A stretch of 64,000 nt of DNA. Source: a virus. Under the pieces are notes generated by a model that was not told where the DNA came from, searched no databases, and saw nothing but the letters and a program-made list of their open reading frames with translations. A program made the position numbers and the translations under genes. The stretch lies in the IMG/VR virus record IMGVR_UViG_3300009370_000002. The stretch is one strand, 5' to 3'. This document shows positions 43,538 to 52,900 of this stretch, in pieces; position 1 is the first letter of the stretch, and the number at the start of each line of letters is the position of its first letter.

Positions 43538-44623
43538 CTATTGTTTGTATTTATCTATAAGGACTTCATTCATAATAGCTATCACGCTGTCTCTGAACTC
43601 TTCCTCATTTAACTTGTTAAGCCATTGTTTTGCTTGAAATTTCGCCGTTTTTCCGCTTTGCAGTGTAAGGGTATACCAAGCACCGGAAAGCGTTAATTTC
43701 GGCGTTTTTGCAAGCTTAAGAACCTCAAGCCAAGACTCTTTATCTTGAATGCAGACGTTATTATTCGCCCACATAATCTTGAAGTTACAATCCCTCCCTT
43801 CGGAACCAAATCGAGACTTCTTGAGGAAGCAACGAACATGAGAACCGACACGAACACCATCTTCATCAATGGCAAATGAAGCTTTCGCTTTGCGCTTGGT
43901 TAACCAAATACGCAAAGATGAAAAATACTCAATAGCCTTTCCTCCGGGAGCTATATATGGCTCCACAAGCATTTCTGCTGGACGAGAGGATATGTTTGTC
44001 TTGAGTTGGTTAATCAACAACAAGGTTGATTCGGTATTCGCAAGAGGAATCGTAAGTTTGGGAAATGCTTTCGAAAAAATTCTTGGCTTCACAGCCATTG
44101 AGGACTGAGGGTTGTAGTCTCCTTCCACATCCTTTTCCGAAGGCGTTGCAGCAATGGAGTCCCATATAAACAAGACACGCTGATCTGCGTATTCATTCAT
44201 GATATATTCCATTGTTTCTAATGTTTTCTCAACACTAACTGCTTGAATGTAGAGCATTCCCTCCTTAGAGCAGCCTGCTCTCTCTAAGAACTCTACATCA
44301 ATCGCTGACTCTGCATCGAAGTAAACAACAAACATGCCTTTCTTCTGTGCGTTCGCTGCTATCTGTACTGCCATGAATGACTTCCCAGCACCTGATAATC
44401 CAGCTAGTTCAGTGATTTTGCCAACAGGTATCCCGGCTTCTTCACCAGGCTTAATAATACAATCAAGCCATCGTGAACCTGTTGGTATCCAGTCTCGAAC
44501 ATTCACAGGGTTCGACTGGTTCAAATCATGGGCCATCTCAAGCCCAATCTTCTTATTAATCTTCTTGGCTAAATCGCCAACGTTTATCTTGCCGGGTTGT
44601 TTCATTTGTACTACCTTGCCCAT
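43538..44623 (-). CDS. recA: RecA/UvsX recombinase
   Basis: IPTGS, GLSGAGKS, WDSIAA, INQL, APGGKA. Confidence 0.95.
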   Translation of the reverse strand: MGKVVQMKQPGKINVGDLAKKINKKIGLEMAHDLNQSNPVNVRDWIPTGSRWLDCIIKPGEEAGIPVGKITELAGLSGAGKSFMAVQIAANAQKKGMFVVYFDAESAIDVEFLERAGCSKEGMLYIQAVSVEKTLETMEYIMNEYADQRVLFIWDSIAATPSEKDVEGDYNPQSSMAVKPRIFSKAFPKLTIPLANTESTLLLINQLKTNISSRPAEMLVEPYIAPGGKAIEYFSSLRIWLTKRKAKASFAIDEDGVRVGSHVRCFLKKSRFGSEGRDCNFKIMWANNNVCIQDKESWLEVLKLAKTPKLTLSGAWYTLTLQSGKTAKFQAKQWLNKLNEEEFRDSVIAIMNEVLIDKYKQ

Positions 44624-44624
44624 G

Positions 44625-44948
44625 CTAAATAGTCCCTTTAGTTGAATTAACAAACTCAAGAATTTGTTGTTCATTACCAGCACCTGTTTGTCTGTTTACC
44701 ACTTTTCCATCTTTGATAACAATCAAGGTTGGGATGCTTCGAACACCAAACTTCTGGGCTACATTAGGGCTCTCATCAATATTAATCTTTGCTACTGTCA
44801 CTTTGCCTTCCAGAGTCTGCGATAGAGAATCCAGAACAGGAGATAACCTCTTACAGGGCATACACCAATCGGCATAAAAATCAACTAGCGTTGTACCAGT
44901 TGACGTTTCAGTATCAAAATTGCTTTCATTTAGCCTTTTTACGCTCAT
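44625..44948 (-). CDS. trxA: thioredoxin
   Basis: DFYADWCMPCK; GVRSIPTL. Confidence 0.96.
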   Translation of the reverse strand: MSVKRLNESNFDTETSTGTTLVDFYADWCMPCKRLSPVLDSLSQTLEGKVTVAKINIDESPNVAQKFGVRSIPTLIVIKDGKVVNRQTGAGNEQQILEFVNSTKGTI

Positions 44949-44957
44949 ATTACCTCC

Positions 44958-45068
44958 TTAATGATATCGAACGGTTGCTTCCACTTCTTCGACTGCTGTA
45001 TCATCTGATCCAGAGTCTACTTCTTCATCTTCGCCACATGCGAACATTGTTAATATAAATATTATCAC
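44958..45068 (-). CDS. small acidic lipoprotein (36 aa, GTG start)
   Basis: Manually translated MIIFILTMFAC-GEDEEVDSGSDD; GGAGG RBS. Confidence 0.6.
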   Translation of the reverse strand: MIIFILTMFACGEDEEVDSGSDDTAVEEVEATVRYH

Positions 45069-45090
45069 TATTCCTCCGTTTAAAAATTAA

Positions 45091-45175
45091 GGCATCTGTA
45101 AACCCATGCCTTCCTGCGGTGGGGGTTAAAAGATGGTGCCCTATTTACTAAGAAGCGCCGGGCTACCAAGGCGCT
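45091..45175 (-). other. two-hairpin structured intergenic element
   Basis: Long imperfect stem 45091-45140; AGCGCC/GGCGCT stem 45154-45175. Confidence 0.55.
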
Positions 45176-45189
45176 CATCACTAAACCTT

Positions 45190-45951
45190 CTAGCCGTTTT
45201 GGTTCATGAAGTTTTTTAACGCTCCATCAACAGCATCCTTCGCACTATACATCTGCTTTTCAGACGAGGCATTCTCGGAGGTAATATCGGAGGATAAATA
45301 ATCATCCAACAGCGCTTGTACTTCGGAGGTAGTCTGGCGTTGGAATAATGTCTCAATGTCTGGAACAGAATTAATAAGTTCATCACAATTTTCCACATCT
45401 TCACATAAAAGCGAAGGACGCCGACGAGGTTTTAATGATGTTTTCGGAAACGACCCTGGGGTACCCGGAATTGTATAAGTCATAACAATATCAGTACCTG
45501 TTTCCTCATGGGTTAAGTCCCCATAGTCGGGATCAAGAACATAAGACAAAAGTGTCTCATATGCAGTCTTACCATAAGACCACACTCTTACGCCCTTAGA
45601 TTCCTCTCCACGAACCAAAATTGGAGAGAAGTATCGTTTACGAGCAAAGAGTTTCTTTGCTTCTCGTTTAGCTGTATCATCATTGTTTTCTACACCTTCG
45701 CGCCACAGCTTTGACGCAAAGTCACAAATTGGACACTCTTCTCCATGATTACGCTTTGGACAAAGAATGCCAGGATTTCTTCCCACATTATAGTGGAAAT
45801 GAAATTCTTTGAAAGGGTCACCATCAGATGCTGGCATCAGCCGGATAGTTTGATCACCCTCAGATGGTCGCCATTTGTTATTATCTTGTTTTTTGCCACC
45901 GTTACGTGACGCTTCGAGCTTAGCTCTCATAGCTTCTAAATTAATAGCCAT
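45190..45951 (-). CDS. T4 gp32-like single-stranded DNA-binding protein
   Basis: IRLMP...FHY, CPK...ECPIC, RYF..ILVR, YGK, acidic tail. Confidence 0.85.
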   Translation of the reverse strand: MAINLEAMRAKLEASRNGGKKQDNNKWRPSEGDQTIRLMPASDGDPFKEFHFHYNVGRNPGILCPKRNHGEECPICDFASKLWREGVENNDDTAKREAKKLFARKRYFSPILVRGEESKGVRVWSYGKTAYETLLSYVLDPDYGDLTHEETGTDIVMTYTIPGTPGSFPKTSLKPRRRPSLLCEDVENCDELINSVPDIETLFQRQTTSEVQALLDDYLSSDITSENASSEKQMYSAKDAVDGALKNFMNQNG

Positions 45952-46000
45952 AGTGTTTTACCTCTTGTTAGTTAAGTTTTTTGTCCTTAAGGACTAAGGT

Positions 46001-46021
46001 CGGGGGGATTTTAACCCCCCG
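46001..46021. other. GC hairpin CGGGGGG-N7-CCCCCCG in the ssb leader
   Basis: Perfect 7-bp stem. Confidence 0.65.
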
Positions 46022-46064
46022 CCATATTTATATATCCCAAATTACATAGATTCCACAAAGCAAA

Positions 46065-46310
46065 TTAGGATTTTGGGAATGAATAATTCACACTTCTTGA
46101 ATTCACAGAACCTACGATACGACTTCGATTAAAAGTTCGAAATCCATGCTTATCAGTATCCCAAACAGTCCGCATGTCGCCAGAGCTTTCTTTACGTTGT
46201 TTAGAAGAAAACTGTGAACTTGGTAAGTCAGAAACTTGAATATAATTCATAGTTCGTGTAGTTCCATCAGTCTTAGTAAAGGTTCCGGTGTATTGTGTAA
46301 ATGTGCTCAT
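46065..46310 (-). CDS. WYL_2/DUF2693-like small beta-barrel protein
   Basis: F.K.DG..R.M...V.D....FRTFN. Confidence 0.65.
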   Translation of the reverse strand: MSTFTQYTGTFTKTDGTTRTMNYIQVSDLPSSQFSSKQRKESSGDMRTVWDTDKHGFRTFNRSRIVGSVNSRSVNYSFPKS

Positions 46311-46451
46311 GTTTACCTCCAGTGATTTATGAGTTAAGTTGCGAAATTAAAAGATATTTATTGTTCATGAGTTAAGTTGCGGCATTTGGGTTGTGATATA
46401 TGCCGACAAGGACTCAATACTTAATAAGATTTTTCTTTTTCCTTCTCTTAT

Positions 46452-46480
46452 ATTATAACCGATCGGTTATGATTTGTCAA
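46452..46480 (-). promoter_or_regulatory. consensus sigma70 promoter TTGACA-N17-TATAAT
   Basis: tgtcaa at 46475-80. Confidence 0.85.
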
Positions 46481-46721
46481 ATTGTTTTTTGATATATTTT
46501 GAAGAAAGTTTGCCAACCAATGTACCGTGATTGAATCTGCGGATTCCTTTCACATTAACATCGTAAACAACTTCCATTTTGCCATCAGAGCTAATATGGT
46601 TTTCGCGCATTTCATTAGAAACCATATGTTTTGGCAAGTCAAGAATTTTAATATAATTCATTAGTCGATTGACACCATTCCTTTTGCGAAATATGCCAGT
46701 GTATTGTGTGTATGTACTCAT
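46467..46721 (-). CDS. WYL_2/DUF2693-like protein, paralog of 46065..46310
   Basis: MSTYTQYTGIFRKRNG..R.MNY...FN. Confidence 0.65.
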   Translation of the reverse strand: MSTYTQYTGIFRKRNGVNRLMNYIKILDLPKHMVSNEMRENHISSDGKMEVVYDVNVKGIRRFNHGTLVGKLSSKYIKKQFDKS

Positions 46722-46722
46722 A

Positions 46723-47526
46723 TTACCTCCAATCTTGAATATGATGAGTATATTTGAGAGAATAAAAGAATGATTGCTTATGCTCGGACGGGTAGACTGC
46801 GAACGAAGATGTTATTTTGTTTTTCTCATCGTCAGTGACACGGCTCTTGATAAGTTTTAGCAAGTCTTTGTTACTCTCCAGTTGTTGTTTGCTTATACTG
46901 TAAATGTATCCTGTTTCAGTGATATTGTCAAGAAAAAACATTAAGTTTTCTTCTTTTTTCTTGAGAACCCCCGTTGAAACTGTACTAATTCGAGACACCT
47001 CTTTCGGTATATGCTGGGAGCCTAAAACGGGCTGTTGTGTTCTAAACCACTCTATTGTCTCTATTGTGTTTGCAATCTGTTTGTTTATCATGTCGAACAT
47101 CTTCGTTATGGATTGATCACCAATTATGTTCAATATATCTTTGTTTGAGAATACGGTGAGCCTGTTCAATAATCCTGACCTTGCATATTCCTGTAGTACG
47201 TTGAATACCACCTTGTGTCTCTTAGCTACTTGTGGAGATGCCCACTCTAAGTCGGGGAATACATATCCAACATTAATCTTTTTATTCTTTATAGTCTCCA
47301 ACAGACGCAATGTAGCGGAAGAGCATTTGCTTCCACCGCAAAGGAAGAACCAACACTCGCCTTCGGCAAACTTCAGTTTCTTGAATTTTGGACAATGCAT
47401 CTCGAAATCTTCTTCAATTTTGCACTTCTTTGGAAAGTCAGACTCAACTATCGTCACCTTTTTGTACAAATCAGAGAAGTGATTTGCGATTCCTGCTCCT
47501 GCTGAACCTAATCCTATGACAACCAT
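46723..47526 (-). CDS. divergent tubulin/FtsZ-like GTPase
   Basis: VVIGLGSAGAGIAN (T1 loop); CGGSKCSS at the GGGTGSG position; VFP...E. Confidence 0.7.
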   Translation of the reverse strand: MVVIGLGSAGAGIANHFSDLYKKVTIVESDFPKKCKIEEDFEMHCPKFKKLKFAEGECWFFLCGGSKCSSATLRLLETIKNKKINVGYVFPDLEWASPQVAKRHKVVFNVLQEYARSGLLNRLTVFSNKDILNIIGDQSITKMFDMINKQIANTIETIEWFRTQQPVLGSQHIPKEVSRISTVSTGVLKKKEENLMFFLDNITETGYIYSISKQQLESNKDLLKLIKSRVTDDEKNKITSSFAVYPSEHKQSFFYSLKYTHHIQDWR

Positions 47527-48707
47527 AATACCTCCTCCATATCTCTAAGGTTTCTTCCTGCTGTTGCTGAAGATTTGAACCAACCGAGTTGAGTATCTTC
47601 AAATATCTCTTGGATTTGGGGAAGCATATGCCTATCATCAAACGCCAAATCAATTGTTATTGAGTCATGAACGACAGAATGAACAAACGACTTTGTATTC
47701 TGAACAAATTTGTTTATTTTAACCGCTTGTTTCATACAATTGTCTGAAGATGAAGACTGCAAGAGATAGTTCAGAGCATGAAAGTCATCAGCTTCAATGT
47801 GTCTGCCGAATGGGGTGGAGACAACACCATCAGTATAATATTTATTTAACAGTAGTCTCCTATCATAGTGCTCTGAGTCTATAGCGTCAGAGTTGGGGTT
47901 GTAGAGCCACGCTAAGAACTTCGTCTTGGCTGTCTTTCTATCGTACTTGCCATCGAAGAGGTGTTCCATATTCCACTCATGTATGTCTACACGGGGGTGG
48001 GTACCAGTAGATAAAGAGATGAAGGCTCGAACCTCCGCTCCGTTCAAATCAAAGGAGACGAATATATCATTCTTCGGCACAACACAGTTGGCAATTTCCT
48101 TCTTGAGATTCATTATCGGAAAGGAACCTTTCTTCGTTGTCAATCGTCCAGTTTTTGAACCCCACACATCGTACAGAATCGGCTTGTTTTTGCCGTTTAG
48201 TGAACTAAGCAGCACCCTTGCCTTGTTATCCGTCTTGGATGCTTTTTTGAGGGTACCTTGAGCGATTAACACATCATTTTGGGATATGTCGTGAGCCATT
48301 TCAAACATGTCAACCAAGAAGCCATGATTCTGAGGTTTATCATGGTTGGAGAACACATGTTCACATATCTCATTCTTTACTTCACAATAGTGCATAAGAT
48401 GTTGTTCTGGGACCAAATCAAACATGCAAAGTTCACCAAGCTTAAGTTTGGCATTTGCTGCTGAGTTGATGAATGCTCTTATCTTCTTTTCTCTCTTTTC
48501 AAGTCGAGACTTAAGATGCTCGGGGCATACTTCCTCTAACGACTTTCCGTTAACATAAACGCTAGCATAATCAACAGGAACACCATTGAGACGGCTATGC
48601 CAGTTCCATGTTCGATTAGAAGTTGTAGGTATTCTATCATAAATAAACTCTCCATTACTGTAAATGCCAAAGCATTCTTTTCTATCATCCAATATCTGAA
48701 ATATCAT
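47514..48707 (-). CDS. minimal family A DNA polymerase-like protein
   Basis: TGRLT, FDLNGAEVR (A), RKTAK.KF..LY (B), TPFGR, ALNYLLQS..SD, VHDS (C). Confidence 0.8.
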   Translation of the reverse strand: MIFQILDDRKECFGIYSNGEFIYDRIPTTSNRTWNWHSRLNGVPVDYASVYVNGKSLEEVCPEHLKSRLEKREKKIRAFINSAANAKLKLGELCMFDLVPEQHLMHYCEVKNEICEHVFSNHDKPQNHGFLVDMFEMAHDISQNDVLIAQGTLKKASKTDNKARVLLSSLNGKNKPILYDVWGSKTGRLTTKKGSFPIMNLKKEIANCVVPKNDIFVSFDLNGAEVRAFISLSTGTHPRVDIHEWNMEHLFDGKYDRKTAKTKFLAWLYNPNSDAIDSEHYDRRLLLNKYYTDGVVSTPFGRHIEADDFHALNYLLQSSSSDNCMKQAVKINKFVQNTKSFVHSVVHDSITIDLAFDDRHMLPQIQEIFEDTQLGWFKSSATAGRNLRDMEEVLWLS

Positions 48708-49981
48708 TAATAACCTCCGCCAGAACCTCCGGATTTTTTGTTTGTAGTCGAAGGTTGATTTGGTACATCGCTCAATAAAACTCTTCTTCGCTCTAGTCTC
48801 TTAGTCCAACCACTCAATCCGAACGGCTTTGAGAATAGCTTATTTCTGAAGATGTCATTAATGTAACCTGCTTTGCCTGCTTTGTCAAGAAATTTGTTTG
48901 AGTTTGTTATTATTTGCCTTAGGACTGGTTTTGTGAATTCATTATTATTTTCAATGTTTCTTAATTCTGCATAAATTGATACCCAATGTCTAGAAAATCG
49001 ATAGTTTGTGTTGTATTCGTCTAAAAGTTGTCTTCTAAAAGTATTAACTCTAGTTTTATTGTTACAAGATACTGATATTGTTCTTTTTTCTTCATTAAAG
49101 ATTACAAAATCATTATAATATTTAATTATATAATTAATTAATAAATTAATATCATTTACATCTGTTCTATAATAATTCTGACTGAATAGTCCTAATATGT
49201 TTCGAGTGGCGGTTTTATCACCAGGGAAAAACTTACTGGCTGCTGGTGAGGACAAGTCAGCAACCAATACCCATGGAGCTTGTTTAATTATGGAAAACCC
49301 TTTGTTCAAGGCAATTTTCTTATAGTAAGGATAGGCTGGACTGTTGATAAAATTTACGCTTTGTTCATCGTTTCCGCCTTTGAAATTTTCTATTGCAAAT
49401 GCCAAACCAGTAGAGAAAATCGAATTATATTTCGACGTATACCACCCAGTATATGTAATTGGATCACCAGGGTTTTGTTCTCTGAAATATACCATTAAAT
49501 ACTTGACATACATATCAAAAGAGGTTATTTTTTTGATATCACTATCTGATAAATAATCCGTATTAAACCTCATTAAGATACCTCTTAAGTAATCTATATA
49601 CTTAAACGTTGGATTTTCCCATGCTCTCACAGGCTCCAACAGCGCAATGCTTCTAGTTGCCGGGCTTAACACACCAGACATAATTTTCAAGCTGATATTC
49701 ATTCTCATTTCATTATACATCTCGTTGACAAGTGGCAATATTTGAAATTGAGAAGAAGAATCACTCGCTGGTGCCGTTTGCATTGTTGTCATTGCGGTGT
49801 CTTTGGGTTGCACCACCACTCCGTTTGTATTAATTCTTCCGTAATAATTGAATTCAGCAAAGTTTAAGTCCTTTATAACCTTGGAGCCCTGTCCACCGTT
49901 TTCCGGATGGGCTTTCGCTTGGTACATAGACCTTAACGTTGCAATCTCTGCTGCTGAATTTATATTGTTTTTACCCCACAT
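48707..49981 (-). CDS. hypothetical virion-associated protein (424 aa)
   Basis: Directly downstream of the baseplate hub gene; function not recognised. Confidence 0.65.
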   Translation of the reverse strand: MWGKNNINSAAEIATLRSMYQAKAHPENGGQGSKVIKDLNFAEFNYYGRINTNGVVVQPKDTAMTTMQTAPASDSSSQFQILPLVNEMYNEMRMNISLKIMSGVLSPATRSIALLEPVRAWENPTFKYIDYLRGILMRFNTDYLSDSDIKKITSFDMYVKYLMVYFREQNPGDPITYTGWYTSKYNSIFSTGLAFAIENFKGGNDEQSVNFINSPAYPYYKKIALNKGFSIIKQAPWVLVADLSSPAASKFFPGDKTATRNILGLFSQNYYRTDVNDINLLINYIIKYYNDFVIFNEEKRTISVSCNNKTRVNTFRRQLLDEYNTNYRFSRHWVSIYAELRNIENNNEFTKPVLRQIITNSNKFLDKAGKAGYINDIFRNKLFSKPFGLSGWTKRLERRRVLLSDVPNQPSTTNKKSGGSGGGY

Positions 49982-49984
49982 TTA

Positions 49985-52900
49985 TCATTGTACTCCTTTT
50001 TCGTAATCTTCCTCGTCGTTGATTTTCATATCGGTTGTATAAAACTCGACCCTCTTGTCCTTCGGATTATACACTGCCATAACCCACAACCCATTAGATA
50101 TCAATACATATACGGTATTACCATTATGGTCCGTTGCATTTCTATCCCAGCCCATCCAATCATTCTCTGTTGGTTTTACGTTGCTCCTCCAATGGACAAA
50201 ATCGTTACCACTTCCCCCCTCAATCTGTATCCCCAATGTTCTATAGCCCTTCAGATCTGGGAACGTGGATATGCTCCCATACTCGTATTTACTATATTCA
50301 TCCTTTCCTCGCATTTCAAAATCTTTTGAAAGCGTAATTGTGTCCAACTCGCCTTCTTTGGCAATCTTCCCCTCAAAATTTATTGTATCTCCTGCCCTGA
50401 GTCCTACGGTGGAGGATGTCAAAGCCGGGGGCACCGTCTTTTTCGGAACAGAGCCACCAGATGAGCCACCAGATGAACCACCGCCACCACCTATTTTTGG
50501 ATTCTTCTTTGTGTTATGTGAACCAGCCCCTTGCAACGCCTTTAATGCTGCTGCCTGCCCTTTCCATGGCCCACTGAAGTTGGAATTGCAATTTGCAACT
50601 TTTTGATTAACCTTTGTCTTCTTTTTTGGTAATCTGAACCTGTCTACTCCTGCGTTGTTCGCTTTATCTTCGGATTTCAGTCCGTAATTTACCCAAGCAG
50701 CCTCAACCGTAGTGGTACATAGTGGTGATTTACCACCAGAAAATTTCATTTTATGATTAACTGATATAATTTGATAATACCCACCAATACCCAAATGGAA
50801 TGCCATCGAATTCAATTTGTTTGGGGCATCACCGAGTCCACCATCTACCCAACACAACTGCCCAGGATAAAGAAAAAAGCAAGCCCCTCCCATTTCAATT
50901 TTCACGTTATAAACTCCTGCGATTTGTGCAAGATTTCCTTGATTTGATGCAAAAAACTTTACTTCTCTTCTGTATGGGGCGTCTTTCTTTGAGAAAGACA
51001 TTTTGCTTATTAGTGAACCAACCCCCAATTCGTCATCACCGTTAACAAGAATCTCATCCACAATAGTTCTGTACTTAAATTCTGGAATGCCGTTTTGGTG
51101 GGCACTCGAATCTCCCTGTGCTGATTGAAATTCAAACGATCTTGCATTTGCTGGGTATAATATTAAATAATTATAATATTCATCGCGATATCGCATAGAG
51201 TTTTTCTTTAATAAGGGGAATTTCTTTACTGACTTGGTATCACTATACTTGTACTCTAGCACCCCATTTACTAATCTCTTGCTTATACGAGCAGCAGAAT
51301 AGCTATCAAGGATATTTTCAAAACACATTAACTTACCCCTTATTGCCTCTTTTCTTTTTGTCCCAACCAAACCAATATCCATTGATGCTCTAAATAATAC
51401 TTTATTTTCTGAGGCGATATCAAAGCACACCTCACCCATAAGCCTTGTTATAATATTTTGAGCAAGAGACTTTAAAAATGTTGCAACTGGATAGTAGCTA
51501 AGTTTTTTGTTTATAATTTCTTTGCGGAACCAATCTGCAAACCACTCTAAGTGAATTGGTACATCTGCCAAATTACTATCCATCTCCTCATACACACCAT
51601 CATTATTTGGTAAATACCACCGAAAAGAAGGAAGAATGACTTTTGTTCGTGGGGGTGAATAATAATATCCACCTAAAGATTTAGACAGCTTTCTGTCTCT
51701 GACTGGGTGGGGAAATGAAAATGTTTTATCAGCCTCCAGAGTTTGTCTTAATGACCTTCTATCAACATCCGTTTTCTTTCCACCCTGAGTCAGCCACATA
51801 TTCTCATGCATTCCATCCAACAAAACATCCACCAAATCCCCAAAAAAGAAGAATTGAATATCGGAAAAATCTTGCTTTTTGATAGGTGGCGGCTTGGTTT
51901 TGCCTTTATAACTAGAATCCTGCCCGGATGTGGTAAATTCCTGCCGCCATTTCGCATTAAAATCAGATGCTATCCCTGTGTCTGCGTTTAAAGATTTGTA
52001 CTTTTCAAGTATTTTTGTTCCATGCGGAAGAACGCCTTTAATCCATCCCTTTTCTTTAGTCAACTGCCTATACAGGAATATTTGTTTTGCCAAATTTGCA
52101 AAGTTGTGAGTTTTTTGTAAATGTTCTGTTATTTCTTTTGGTTTTATTATTGAAGTTCCAAGGGTAGATAATGCACTTGTCACAACTTTATTTTGAATTC
52201 CGACTGTAAAAAGTCTATCGCTATCGTTAAGTGCCGATATAATCCTAGGTAATGTTTCAAAAGTATCCGTATGTGCGTTATTTCTTAAAGAGCGAATTTT
52301 ATCTTGAATCTTTTTTGGATTGCAGCCCTGCATCATTGCGCCTCTTAAGTTCATTTCTCTTCCTATCCTGTCCTTCACAGTTTTTTGTCCTGCAAGTGCA
52401 TCCATTGAGGGGTCCGTTAAGACAGAATCAACATATCCCCTATACTCTACTGTTACTGTGGTTTTGTTGGTTTTTTCATCTTTCTTTATTTCATGATCCA
52501 CAACAGCGATATCCAATGCCAATGGAACGTTTGATAACATTTTGTTCATCGCCTTATAATGAGCAGGAGAGTATGAATCGTCTTCCCCCGGATCATGATA
52601 AACATAACTTTTCAATAATAATCGATTATAATCGGGGTGGTATTGGTTCCGAAACGCACTAGAAAAGCCCGTTGGGTTTGAATTATTTGTATAGGTTATT
52701 AAATCCAAAAAAGAAAACTCGTATTTGACATCTTGCATTTTCCCATCCCATCCTTCAATTTCATATTCATATTCAAAAACTTGCTCTAAAAGCCTTATGT
52801 CCGGTAAATGAAAGTCGATTTTAACAGTGACATCAGATTTTGCCGTTGCCGTGTTTCCACCCTTAAAGTTGATGTCAATAGAATTCATGGTTATTATGTC

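Noticed and set aside
28075-44623. Inteins or introns in dnaE, nrdJ, dnaB, recA
   Set aside because: Lengths are typical, motifs are contiguous, and no Hint or homing-endonuclease segment was seen.
44626-44632. CTATTTA motif just before recA
   Set aside because: Only 2 nt from the ATG, between RBS and start; too close to be the promoter for this gene.
50451-50491. 12-bp tandem repeat GAGCCACCAGAT
   Set aside because: Encodes a Gly/Ser linker (GGGGGSSGGSSGGS) in the hub protein; ordinary low-complexity sequence.
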